This document shows positions 26,016 to 35,123 of a DNA stretch of 64,000 nucleotides, piece by piece. How positions within the stretch are numbered: position 1 is the first letter of the stretch; each line of letters begins with the position of its first letter. The stretch is from a virus, in IMG/VR virus record IMGVR_UViG_3300027742_000009, positions 1 through 64,000 of that record. One strand, 5' to 3'. The position numbers and the translations under genes were made by a program. The notes under the pieces were generated by a model that saw only the letters and a list, made by a program, of their open reading frames with translations, was not told where the DNA came from and did not search any database.

Positions 26016-26480
26016 TTGTCAACGGGAAAATTTAATCAGACAAAAGAAGAACTTAAAACTCAAATTAGACTTGCAATTCCGGAAGGAAAAGTGACAGGGA
26101 ACTGGCGTGTGGATATTCACGACATAGTTAGGAATCTTCCTTATATTAGTGTCTGTTTTAGTCCAGAAATATTATGGGATGTTTATGACCGTAATGTTGG
26201 CGGAGAAGTAGCTGGTAGCATAAGTGATTATCATATGAGCATTCACGTGTTCCATAGTAATTGTTATAGTGAACCAACTTGTGAGAAAGGTAAACATGCT
26301 CAAGACGTTGGTATGCGAATTATGAACCGTTTGTTAGGTGTAGGTGCTCCGTTAAGTCTTCCCCCAGTTGGATGGGACATTGACAGTTTAAGAATGAGAG
26401 AATCGGAGTCGTCAAGAGGAGCACATCGTATTAGTCGCTGTATTATCGAAGGCACAATCCATATCAAGAGGATTGACTGA
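26016..26480 (+). CDS. hypothetical virion-associated protein
   Basis: 154 aa, contiguous with the connector-like gene. Confidence 0.35.
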   Translation: MSTGKFNQTKEELKTQIRLAIPEGKVTGNWRVDIHDIVRNLPYISVCFSPEILWDVYDRNVGGEVAGSISDYHMSIHVFHSNCYSEPTCEKGKHAQDVGMRIMNRLLGVGAPLSLPPVGWDIDSLRMRESESSRGAHRISRCIIEGTIHIKRID

Positions 26481-26531
26481 GAACACCAATACTTTTAAAT
26501 AGTTGTTTCTCTATTTAATATTTGAACAGAT

Positions 26532-27800
26532 TTGAAACGCTTTATAATGGCGATAGGCGACTCGCCTTTTGCTGGGACTGGTTTCGGTGAAGAGTTAAGA
26601 CATGTTCTTTTTAGGTTAGCACAGAATGAACAGTTTGATGTTAGTTGGCAAAGCCTTCAACATCTTGGTTATCCAATTGACGTTCCAGACACCATGTTTT
26701 CTGACATTCCAAATAGACATGGTAAAGTAAAAATTTATGGTAGTCATGGAGACCCACTTAGTTTCGGAGCTAATGCTTTCCTAAAGAATTACCGTGATAT
26801 TAATCCAGAAATGGTCTTGTTTATGGGAGACCCAAGAAACATTAAATCTTACATAGACTATAAAGTTCGGTTAGGCTTTCCTTTTATTCATTATGTAACG
26901 TTGGATGGAACTCCAATTCATCCTCAATGGAAAGACTATCTTAAATATGTTAATTTACTTATTGCAATGACGGAGTGGGCACAAAAAGAATATCAGAAAG
27001 TAGGATTAAATCCAGCAATGATTCATCATGGAGTTAACTGTAAATGGTGGAAAGTTAAGCCAGAAGAAAAATATTCTTTGAGGCGTGAACATACAGTTTC
27101 AGATGATGCTGTAATATTTGTTAATTGGGATATTCCTCAACATCGAAAAAGAACCGATGCTTTACTTCGTTGTTGGAAACAATTTCTTAGAGGAAATAAA
27201 GACCGTCAAAAAAGAGCTATTTTACTTCTTTATACTGATTGGAATCTTGGCGGAAGTATGGGATGGAATCTTGAAGGTTTAATAAGTCAATATAAAATTC
27301 CACGACAGAATATTATTAGTCCAATTCAAATTCAAGGAGCACCGAAATACTGGAGTAGTGCTGAAACTCCAGAACAACTTAAAAAAATAGTTAGTATGGC
27401 TGACATTATGGTTTCAACTACTTCGGGTGAAGGTTTTGGAAAGACGGGTTTGGAAGCTATGGCTATGAATATTCCAGTTGTAATTACGGATTATGCGGCT
27501 AGTAGTGAAGTTCACAAGAAAGGAAGTATTCTAGTTCCAACTTATAGGGGAAGAGCTGGAAGATATAGGATGGATGACCGTAGAAGAAGCGTGGAAGCTG
27601 GAATAGTGGACGAGAAAAAGTTTGTTGATGCTATGATTTACCTTTATGAAAACGATAGGGAGAGACGTAAGTTGGGTATGGAAGCTAGACGATGGAGTAA
27701 GGAATTTGATTACGACAAGAAGATAGTTCCGCAATGGGTGAAGCTTCTAGGGGGATTGGATACTGACTTGATAGCCGCTAAGGAATTATTGAATATTTAA
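26532..27800 (+). CDS. glycosyltransferase, GT-B fold (GT4-like)
   Basis: E-x7-E region STTSGEGFGKTGLEAMAMNIPVVITD. Likely start ATG 26547. Confidence 0.75.
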   Translation: MKRFIMAIGDSPFAGTGFGEELRHVLFRLAQNEQFDVSWQSLQHLGYPIDVPDTMFSDIPNRHGKVKIYGSHGDPLSFGANAFLKNYRDINPEMVLFMGDPRNIKSYIDYKVRLGFPFIHYVTLDGTPIHPQWKDYLKYVNLLIAMTEWAQKEYQKVGLNPAMIHHGVNCKWWKVKPEEKYSLRREHTVSDDAVIFVNWDIPQHRKRTDALLRCWKQFLRGNKDRQKRAILLLYTDWNLGGSMGWNLEGLISQYKIPRQNIISPIQIQGAPKYWSSAETPEQLKKIVSMADIMVSTTSGEGFGKTGLEAMAMNIPVVITDYAASSEVHKKGSILVPTYRGRAGRYRMDDRRRSVEAGIVDEKKFVDAMIYLYENDRERRKLGMEARRWSKEFDYDKKIVPQWVKLLGGLDTDLIAAKELLNI

Positions 27801-27808
27801 TAGAAAAG

Positions 27809-27816
27809 TTTAAATA
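27809..27816 (+). promoter_or_regulatory. TATA-like box (TTTAAATA)
   Basis: AAAAGTTTAAATATT, then GAGGTGA (27834-27840) and ATG 27846. Confidence 0.35.
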
Positions 27817-27836
27817 TTGAGAGTGATATATTAGAG

Positions 27837-28097
27837 GTGATGAAGATGAGTGAAGTGAAATATCCAGTAAGCGACTTTCTCAAAGTAGTTGAAGCAGTAG
27901 ATATTTACAAGACGGAGAAATGGTGGAAAGCAGTTCTATTAACAGAAAGCAAGTATGGAATGCAAATAGGAGTTTACTTATGGACTATAGATAAGAAGAC
28001 TGGAGATTGGAAGCGTAAGCAGAAGATGGGTATTAGAAGTTTGGATGAATTGAACAAAATTGTTGAAGCAGTAAAACAATATCTAGGGAGAATATAA
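27837..28097 (+). CDS. hypothetical protein
   Basis: 86-aa ORF. Probable start is ATG 27846, 5 nt after GAGGTGA. Confidence 0.4.
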   Translation: MMKMSEVKYPVSDFLKVVEAVDIYKTEKWWKAVLLTESKYGMQIGVYLWTIDKKTGDWKRKQKMGIRSLDELNKIVEAVKQYLGRI

Positions 28098-28217
28098 ATG
28101 AAATGTCCTAAATGTGGTCATTGGGATTGGGTTTCTTATACACATAGCAAAACCATAAAGTGTTTAAGATGTGGTTATGTGGGAACTATTGAGGAATTTG
28201 CTGATAGGAGTGATTAA
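28098..28217 (+). CDS. small zinc-ribbon protein (39 aa)
   Basis: Hand translation MKCPKCGHWDWVSYTHSKTIKCLRCGYVGTIEEF... Confidence 0.4.
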   Translation: MKCPKCGHWDWVSYTHSKTIKCLRCGYVGTIEEFADRSD

Positions 28218-28497
28218 TAAATTGCCTTATGTAACGGATAAATGGAAATATAAATATCAACGTTGTCTAGTTCATCTTGCTAGTCGCCTTATTGAAGATA
28301 CTATGGGTGGAAAAGAAAATACTGGTGTAGTTGTTTATGTTGTTTATTTGCTTCTGAAACGGATTTATGGAGAAGGAAACTTTGAAGTTCGAAGTAACGC
28401 TTTGAAAGTTTTGGAGTCTGCTAAACTAGAATATTATCGTAGGGTTATAGCACCATACGAAGATAAAAAGATAAGAATTAATGGAGATGTAAAGTAA
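28171..28497 (+). CDS. hypothetical protein
   Basis: 108-aa ORF; the start is uncertain because it overlaps the zinc-ribbon ORF. Confidence 0.4.
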   Translation: MVMWELLRNLLIGVINKLPYVTDKWKYKYQRCLVHLASRLIEDTMGGKENTGVVVYVVYLLLKRIYGEGNFEVRSNALKVLESAKLEYYRRVIAPYEDKKIRINGDVK

Positions 28498-28820
28498 TGG
28501 GTATTATCTGGTTTAATGTTCCCGAAGCCTACAAGTATCTTATGGAACACGGTGAAGTATATACTTTACGTGACCATCTTAAAAAGGAAGGTAAGGCAAT
28601 GTTGAAGTCTTCGTTGGAAGGCAAACCTTACTATAAGGGAATGGTAATCATCAAACTTATCTCCGCAAAACCATCTTATCCGTCTTTGACTTATTACAAA
28701 AGTTTTAGCGGTTGGATAGAATATCATGTTGGAAAGTCTGGATTTAAAACGGTTGAGGAATGGCTTTCTAAAGTTGATAAAGAAGGAGAATTATTTTTGT
28801 TTCATGTGAGGAAAATGTAA
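28497..28820 (+). CDS. hypothetical protein
   Basis: 107-aa ORF with ATG overlapping the upstream stop. Confidence 0.4.
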   Translation: MGIIWFNVPEAYKYLMEHGEVYTLRDHLKKEGKAMLKSSLEGKPYYKGMVIIKLISAKPSYPSLTYYKSFSGWIEYHVGKSGFKTVEEWLSKVDKEGELFLFHVRKM

Positions 28821-29770
28821 TGCCAAGAAAAGAAAAAACTCCAGAAGAAAAGTTTCGTGAAATGGTTAAAACCAGCGAAGGCTGGGAAGACTTTGAAAAG
28901 ACACTTAAAGAAGTAAACGTTAAATGTGAACTTCAACCATTAGCGGAAGATAAAGAAAGACAAATACTTTTGAATACTGGAACTGTCTTTGACGATTTGC
29001 TTGGTGGTGGATTATCTGCTGGACAAACTGTAGAATTATTTGGTGAATATGCTTCGGGTAAAACTCAAACTTGTTTTGCTTTTATTGTTGAAGCGGCTAG
29101 TGAAGGACTTGTTATAATAGTGGATTCGGAAGACACGTTTAGTCGTAAAAGAATACTTCAGATTGCAGAGGTAAGAGGAAAAGATATAGAAACTATCAGT
29201 AATAATATTATGCTTTACAAGCCAGAAAGGTGGGAACAACAAGTGTCTATTCCAGCTAATCTTCCAGACCCATTACCAGCTAAACTTAGGCTTGTTGTTA
29301 TTGATTCGTTAATGGCTTTGTTCCGTTCAACACCAGAGTTCGCTGGAAGAAGTAATCTTGGTAAACGTCAAGAACTTATTCGTTGGCACTTGCGTCAATT
29401 CAAGAAAATAGCCAAAAAAGAAGGGGCAATAATAGTTTATACTAACCAAGTTTATGATGAACCAGTTGCTAATCCTTTCTTGCCTAAATGGGCTTGTCAA
29501 CGTCCCGTAGGTGGACACTCAGTTGCTCATATAGGTGATTACCGAATATTCTTGCGTAAAGCAAGGGGAAATGTTAGAATAGCAAAGTTGATTGATAATA
29601 GTGAAATTCCACCAGCAGAACGAGTATTCCAAATTAACGAAAAGGGCATTGATGACTTGTCGCCAGAACAACGTGAAGAAGCAATGAAGAAAGAGAAACA
29701 GTTTGCGACTAGACAGACGGCTGGAGAATTTGTGAAGAAACGAAAAAAGAAAGAGGAAGACAATGAGTAG
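28820..29770 (+). CDS. radA: RadA/Rad51-family recombinase
   Basis: Walker A GEYASGKTQ, Walker B LRLVVIDSLMALFR, and the NQV motif typical of RadA cores. Confidence 0.8.
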   Translation: MPRKEKTPEEKFREMVKTSEGWEDFEKTLKEVNVKCELQPLAEDKERQILLNTGTVFDDLLGGGLSAGQTVELFGEYASGKTQTCFAFIVEAASEGLVIIVDSEDTFSRKRILQIAEVRGKDIETISNNIMLYKPERWEQQVSIPANLPDPLPAKLRLVVIDSLMALFRSTPEFAGRSNLGKRQELIRWHLRQFKKIAKKEGAIIVYTNQVYDEPVANPFLPKWACQRPVGGHSVAHIGDYRIFLRKARGNVRIAKLIDNSEIPPAERVFQINEKGIDDLSPEQREEAMKKEKQFATRQTAGEFVKKRKKKEEDNE

Positions 29771-30092
29771 GTATATTCTGTCGAAGAAAATGAAGAAAAT
29801 TCTTGAAGCAAGAGGACATAATCTAGTTTGTAAGATTTGTGAATGTCCCATACTTGTTGGTGACTTAGTAGAAAGTAAACAACAACGTAAAGGTAAATGT
29901 AAGTTTTATCATGCTAAATGTTATGATGATTCAATGTTTGATATTCCGAATGGAGACGATGATGACGATGATTTCTTTGCTTGTCCACATTGGAAACCAG
30001 ATTATAAAATAACAATAACAATTGACAAAGGTAAAATTTTCGATTTTGGAATAATATATCGCATTAAAAGATTATTTGGGCGGGACAAATAG
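29763..30092 (+). CDS. hypothetical Cys-containing protein with poly-Asp stretch
   Basis: CKICECP...CKFYHAKC and GDDDDDDF. Confidence 0.4.
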   Translation: MSRYILSKKMKKILEARGHNLVCKICECPILVGDLVESKQQRKGKCKFYHAKCYDDSMFDIPNGDDDDDDFFACPHWKPDYKITITIDKGKIFDFGIIYRIKRLFGRDK

Positions 30093-30094
30093 AC

Positions 30095-30364
30095 ATGCGG
30101 ATTGTTGCTCCGAGAGGAACAGAGATTGAATTTATTGGACATAAGGTTAAAAATGTGAGTGGTGGGTGGTATATAAATGGTGGAACGTTTTGTTGCCGTT
30201 GTAACGTAGCATTTGATTTTGAAGAGAGTAAAAAGATTTATTTAAGGGATATGCAGATGGGACGTGAACATGGGATTCCCCGTTGTCCCCATTGTGGTCA
30301 ATCTCTTAGGACACGTAGTAAGCCTAATCCTAGAAGTGGTTTTTGGGAGAGGATAGAGGAATGA
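30095..30364 (+). CDS. zinc-ribbon protein
   Basis: CCRC ... CPHCGQ. Confidence 0.4.
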   Translation: MRIVAPRGTEIEFIGHKVKNVSGGWYINGGTFCCRCNVAFDFEESKKIYLRDMQMGREHGIPRCPHCGQSLRTRSKPNPRSGFWERIEE

Positions 30365-31485
30365 AGACAATAGGCATCTTCGCTGATTCTCCTTCCATGC
30401 CAACGGGTATGGCTATTGTGTGTAAGAATTTAGCGTTGGGTTTGTCTAATTATCCAGTTAGAGTAGTTTATTTCGGTAGGTTTGGACAACAAAGAGGAGT
30501 AGGTAAAGAACCAATATTACATGAACAAGCAGTAAACTATGATTTAGTTCCAACTGAAGGTGGAGTTTGGAGACCAAGAACTGTGATAACTGCAATAGAA
30601 CAATATGATATAGATATTATTTTTACTGAAGACGATTTTTTTAGTGCTGGCGGATTGGTTAGGGCTTCAAAGAAAACTGGTAAGCCACTTCACTTTCTTA
30701 CTCCTATAGATAGTTTACCTATTAATCCTATGGCTTACCGAATATTCAAGGAATGCAAGAAAGTTTATGTTCCAAACAGCAGTTACAAACTAATCAAGAA
30801 TGGAGTTTATCTTCCGCATGGATGTGACCGAGAAGTATTTTATCCGCAGAAGCTTTATCGTGACCCAGACTTATTCACGTTTGTTTGGATTGGACGTGAC
30901 GAACCACGTAAGGCTATGGGAAGATTTATATTTGCAGTTGAAAAAGCAATTAAAAAAGTTGATTTTCAAGTTATTATTCATAGTGACTGGAGAGCTAACT
31001 TGGCTAAACGGACAGCACGTTATTTACGTTATAAACGTGATTTACCAGTAATAATGACTCAGATGGAAGCTGGCGGTCAAGAACAACTTAACCGAATATA
31101 TAATACTTCTGACGTGTTAGTTTGTACTTCGAAGGCGGGTGGTTTTGAAATGAGTCAGACAGAGGCTATGGCATGTGGCAAACCAGTTATTACTACGGAT
31201 TGGACTTTCATGAATGAGGTTGTAGAGAACTATGAGAACGGATTTAAAATTCCAATTACAAGTGAATGTGGTGATACTGCTATATTATATAATGGTAAAC
31301 GTTGGGGTGTTTCGTTAGGACGTAAATGGGGGGAGATTGGAATTAATGCTTTGGCTGATGCAATGAGGTATTGTGTGGATAATCCAGATGTGGTTAATCG
31401 GATGAGTGAAACTACTTTCAAATATGTTGAGAGGTATGATTGGCGTAAAATAGCTGGGAAATTATATCGGGAGATTATGGAATGA
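30343..31485 (+). CDS. glycosyltransferase, GT-B fold (GT4-like)
   Basis: CTSKAGGFEMSQTEAMACGKPVITTD (E-x7-E region). Confidence 0.75.
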   Translation: MGEDRGMKTIGIFADSPSMPTGMAIVCKNLALGLSNYPVRVVYFGRFGQQRGVGKEPILHEQAVNYDLVPTEGGVWRPRTVITAIEQYDIDIIFTEDDFFSAGGLVRASKKTGKPLHFLTPIDSLPINPMAYRIFKECKKVYVPNSSYKLIKNGVYLPHGCDREVFYPQKLYRDPDLFTFVWIGRDEPRKAMGRFIFAVEKAIKKVDFQVIIHSDWRANLAKRTARYLRYKRDLPVIMTQMEAGGQEQLNRIYNTSDVLVCTSKAGGFEMSQTEAMACGKPVITTDWTFMNEVVENYENGFKIPITSECGDTAILYNGKRWGVSLGRKWGEIGINALADAMRYCVDNPDVVNRMSETTFKYVERYDWRKIAGKLYREIME

Positions 31486-31715
31486 AAGAAGTATTTCATG
31501 GTAAACCATGTAAATTAATTAGAATCTTGGGAAAATATTATGCGGTATATGGTACTTGTCTTAAAGCAAGGATTGAAGTTTGGGATTTAGACGAAAATGG
31601 CAATATTCAGAAAGACAAAAACGGAAACATTAAAGTTAAAATTATTACCAAATATATAAATTGTATAGATATTTGGGCTCCTAATGATGTGGATTTAACT
31701 GAGGTTGAAAAATGA
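31482..31715 (+). CDS. hypothetical protein
   Basis: 77-aa ORF, 4-nt overlaps on both sides. Confidence 0.4.
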   Translation: MKEVFHGKPCKLIRILGKYYAVYGTCLKARIEVWDLDENGNIQKDKNGNIKVKIITKYINCIDIWAPNDVDLTEVEK

Positions 31716-32116
31716 GAAAGAAAAAAGATAAAATAGAACGACAAAAAATTTATTACCAGCGAAAACGAATAAGCCTTTACTACCCAGTTCCTATAAGAAA
31801 AGGTTGCTGTGTAGCTTGTGGAAGATGCAAAAGCAAAGGAGAAATCAAGACTACTCAACTCCATCATACTGTATATGCTTACGAAACTAAGACAGTATTA
31901 AAGAATCCAGTTCTCGCATTAGAAAACACTTTGGAACTTTGCTTTGGTTGTCATAAACCAGCAGATGGATTCCGAGACTTGTTGCTTTCTAATCCTAGAG
32001 GAGCATTACGAAGTATCAACCGTATAATTCAAGTTGCAGAGTTGCTTCCACCAGAACAACAAAAACACTTTACAAGATTGTGTAGAATATGGTTAAAGAG
32101 GAATAAACATGGTTAG
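31712..32116 (+). CDS. HNH-type endonuclease-like protein
   Basis: CCVACGRC...TTQLHHTVY...LELCFGCHK fits a CxxC..HH..CxxCH beta-beta-alpha-metal finger. Confidence 0.5.
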   Translation: MRKKKDKIERQKIYYQRKRISLYYPVPIRKGCCVACGRCKSKGEIKTTQLHHTVYAYETKTVLKNPVLALENTLELCFGCHKPADGFRDLLLSNPRGALRSINRIIQVAELLPPEQQKHFTRLCRIWLKRNKHG

Positions 32117-32573
32117 ATTTTATATAGCCCATAAAATAACTAGGCGACATTATATTAGAGATGACATATGTCCGTTTCTTCATGAAAATGGAATTGAAAC
32201 TATTAATCCTTTTTATAATATGGATGGAACAATAAGAAAGGAACGTCCAGAAATAAAAGCTATAGATGAAGGAAGAATGGGAGAATATGATATAACACGG
32301 AAAGTTCAGTCAAAAGACATAGTTGAAAAAGACTTAAAGAGAATTAGAGATGCTGATGGAATAATAGCGATAATAGAAGAGTCAAGTATTGGCACGTCAA
32401 TGGAAATTTTTTATTGTGCAAGATGGTGTAAAAAACCAGTTTTTATTGTTACAACCAGTTATACTGGTCATCCTTGGTTAATATATTTAACTAATATGAA
32501 CGGTGGAAAAATAATAAAAAACAAAGAGGAATTAGTTAAAGCAATAAAGGGATGGATAAAAAAGAATGTTTGA
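32109..32573 (+). CDS. nucleoside 2-deoxyribosyltransferase-like protein
   Basis: FYIAHK N-terminus and IAIIEESSIGTSMEIFYCARWCKKPVFIV resemble the NDT/Rcl family core. Confidence 0.45.
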   Translation: MVRFYIAHKITRRHYIRDDICPFLHENGIETINPFYNMDGTIRKERPEIKAIDEGRMGEYDITRKVQSKDIVEKDLKRIRDADGIIAIIEESSIGTSMEIFYCARWCKKPVFIVTTSYTGHPWLIYLTNMNGGKIIKNKEELVKAIKGWIKKNV

Positions 32574-32820
32574 AATGCTTGCTGTGATAGGTTCAGTTCT
32601 TCTTTCGTTAACTATGTTGTTTCAGTTTCGCAGAACATATATTGAACGTAAAACATTAAAGGATTTAAGTTTTGCTTCTTTCCTTACTTGTTTTCTAGCA
32701 TCAATCTTTCTTTGCATTAGATTTGTTGAAATTGGAGAATGGGCAATGTTTGGAATGGAGTTTCTTTGTGGAGCAATTGACATTATAACGTTATATTGGA
32801 TAATACAAAGTAGTGATTGA
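32566..32820 (+). CDS. three-TM PQ-loop / SemiSWEET-like membrane protein
   Basis: 84 aa, 3 TM helices. TM1 ends in LFQFRRTYIERKTLKDLS, compared with the bacterial SemiSWEET pattern LPQ..+....K.T+DIS. Confidence 0.45.
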   Translation: MFEMLAVIGSVLLSLTMLFQFRRTYIERKTLKDLSFASFLTCFLASIFLCIRFVEIGEWAMFGMEFLCGAIDIITLYWIIQSSD

Positions 32821-33010
32821 AATGAAGAAAGTTTGGGTTCACGCTAGTTTCACATTGGTTGACCCAGAACATAAAAAACCAGACCATAGAAGAGTAATAA
32901 TGTTTTCGGCAATTACTCCCATAGATGAACTAAATGAGAGTTTAAAAAAAATAGAAGAATTAATTAATGAAGGCTACGTTATATCGGAGATGTGGGTTAC
33001 AAGTGGCTAA
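32813..33010 (+). CDS. hypothetical protein
   Basis: 65-aa ORF. Confidence 0.35.
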   Translation: MIEMKKVWVHASFTLVDPEHKKPDHRRVIMFSAITPIDELNESLKKIEELINEGYVISEMWVTSG

Positions 33011-33197
33011 AAATGGCAAAAGGAAAGTTAGCAAGAAAAAGAAGGCTACTCAAACATATAAGTGGATTAAGCAACAATTTGCAGAGTTAGACGAAATCAA
33101 AGAACGACTAACTAAGCTGGAAAAGAGGTTAGATTTGATTGAATGGTTTCTAGGCGGAACTAAATCAATGAGGAAGGTTAAGAAGCAGAATGAGTGA
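32967..33197 (+). CDS. hypothetical basic coiled-coil protein
   Basis: 76-aa ORF overlapping the previous one by 44 nt; the true start is probably later. Confidence 0.3.
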   Translation: MKATLYRRCGLQVAKNGKRKVSKKKKATQTYKWIKQQFAELDEIKERLTKLEKRLDLIEWFLGGTKSMRKVKKQNE

Positions 33198-33519
33198 TTT
33201 AAACATTAGGAAGTTGATTATTCCCAAATTTACTTATTCTAAGTATTGTAGTAAATGTAAGTTTTGTGTTAAAGCAGAATGGAGCCGAAACGAAGGAGTT
33301 AAGTATGGAATGTTAAATGTGTATTGTTGCGTGAACGGTGGAAGTTTTCCTAAACCAATTTGTCCACATGGAATAGCATGGTGGACACCTTTGGGAACTG
33401 AACAAACATTTAATCCAGAAGATTGGGGACCAGAAAGATTTAATAAGAAGGAAACATTTACATATACACTAGAAGAACCTAAAGGTGAAAGAGAACCAAG
33501 TAAACAGAGGAAACTTTAA
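33190..33519 (+). CDS. Cys-rich hypothetical protein
   Basis: 109 aa; CSKCKFC...YCCVNGG...ICPHG. Confidence 0.4.
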   Translation: MSDLNIRKLIIPKFTYSKYCSKCKFCVKAEWSRNEGVKYGMLNVYCCVNGGSFPKPICPHGIAWWTPLGTEQTFNPEDWGPERFNKKETFTYTLEEPKGEREPSKQRKL

Positions 33520-34814
33520 TGATAAATAATCTTCCTATAAATAAAATAATTCAAGGAGATTCTATTAAAGTTTTATCTAGTTTTCCAGCAGAGTCAATAG
33601 ATTTAGTAATGTTTAGTCCACCTTACTGGGGATTACGTGATTATGGGGTTGAAGGACAAATCGGGTTAGAATCGCATCCCCAATTGTATATTGACCATAT
33701 GGTTGAAGTTTGTAGAGCAATTAAAAGAGTGTTAAAAAGTTCTGGTAGTATGTATATTGTTGTTGGAGACACTTATAATTCTGCTCCGCCTTCTGGAAAA
33801 CAAGGCGGTTGGAGAAGACCTTCAAGAGAAAACAAAAATATACCTATAAAACAAAAACGTATTTATGAGGGAAATTGGTTGCAACCTAAACAGAAACTTA
33901 TGATTCCATCACGACTATGGATTGCCCTACAAGAGGACGGTTGGATATTACGAAACAAGATTATATGGTTTAAACATAATCCTATGCCAGAAAGTTGTAA
34001 AGACCGTTATACTCAATGTTATGAAGAAATAGGATTTTTTGTTAAGCCACCAGCAAAAAACTATTATTTTAATATGAAAGCAGTTTTGCAATCTTTGAAA
34101 GGAACGACTATTGAGAGGTGTAAACGTGGTTTTTCTGAAGAGGGAAAAGGTGGATATAGAATGAGACATAATAAAGAGTATGCTAAGAAAATAAAAACAT
34201 CTCTCAGTCCGAAATATACTGGGACAAATGGACATTCTAATCGTGCTGGTTTAAACCGTGAATTATCATATCATGAAAAAAGAAGATTTGAAGTATTAAA
34301 TATTCCAATTGCTTTATATCTTAGAAAATACATAAAGAAACATCATAAACAAGAATTAAATAAAACTTTTGGAGAGCATCGTTGGACACATTGGGTAAGA
34401 ACTGATACTTCTGGTTCTTGTTTGCCATCCCCAGATGATTGGCTTAAACTGAAAGAGATATTGGGATTTGATGAGAAGTTCGATAAGACAATGACTGAAA
34501 CAGTAATCGTTGATAATCAAATAGTAATTGTTGGTCGTCACCCTAGAGATGTTTGGCAAATTAATACTAAATCTTATCATGGTGCTCACTTTGCTGTTTA
34601 CCCAGAAGAACTGTGTATAGACCCAATTAAGTCAATCCCACAAGACGGAGTTGTTCTTGACCCTATGTGTGGAAGCGGAACAACTTGTGTAGTAGCTCAT
34701 AAACTTGGTAGAAGATGGATTGGTATAGAACTAAATTCAGAATATGTAGAGATAGCTAGGAAAAGACTTAATAAGGCTGGAGCGTATAGTAAAAAGTTAG
34801 GAGATTTTATATGA
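33519..34814 (+). CDS. DNA methyltransferase, beta-class (SPPY motif IV, possibly N4-cytosine)
   Basis: DLVMFSPPYW near the N-terminus; VLDPMCGSGTTCVVA (motif I) near the C-terminus; long insert between them. Confidence 0.8.
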   Translation: MINNLPINKIIQGDSIKVLSSFPAESIDLVMFSPPYWGLRDYGVEGQIGLESHPQLYIDHMVEVCRAIKRVLKSSGSMYIVVGDTYNSAPPSGKQGGWRRPSRENKNIPIKQKRIYEGNWLQPKQKLMIPSRLWIALQEDGWILRNKIIWFKHNPMPESCKDRYTQCYEEIGFFVKPPAKNYYFNMKAVLQSLKGTTIERCKRGFSEEGKGGYRMRHNKEYAKKIKTSLSPKYTGTNGHSNRAGLNRELSYHEKRRFEVLNIPIALYLRKYIKKHHKQELNKTFGEHRWTHWVRTDTSGSCLPSPDDWLKLKEILGFDEKFDKTMTETVIVDNQIVIVGRHPRDVWQINTKSYHGAHFAVYPEELCIDPIKSIPQDGVVLDPMCGSGTTCVVAHKLGRRWIGIELNSEYVEIARKRLNKAGAYSKKLGDFI

Positions 34815-34832
34815 TAAATAAAAGGTGTTTTA

Positions 34833-35123
34833 ATGCCTAACAGACAAGCCCACGAAAATGTAAGCGTGATGATTCTAGGGCATAAATACACTCGTGTCCA
34901 TCAATGGTTAGATGGTACTTTTACTAGGCGAAAATGGAGAACGCATAGGCTAGACAGACATCATTTACAAGCGATAAAAAAGAAGTATAAGGAAGGTTCT
35001 GGACAATATAAAGCGGCACTTCTCCACGTATTGATTGACCTTCAACATTCTTTCGGCTTATTATATATTCCTAAAGATAGAGAAGACATAAAAAGAATAT
35101 ATTTAGAACATGGAGCCTTGTAA
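34833..35123 (+). CDS. hypothetical His-rich protein
   Basis: 96-aa ORF. No family recognised. Confidence 0.4.
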   Translation: MPNRQAHENVSVMILGHKYTRVHQWLDGTFTRRKWRTHRLDRHHLQAIKKKYKEGSGQYKAALLHVLIDLQHSFGLLYIPKDREDIKRIYLEHGAL

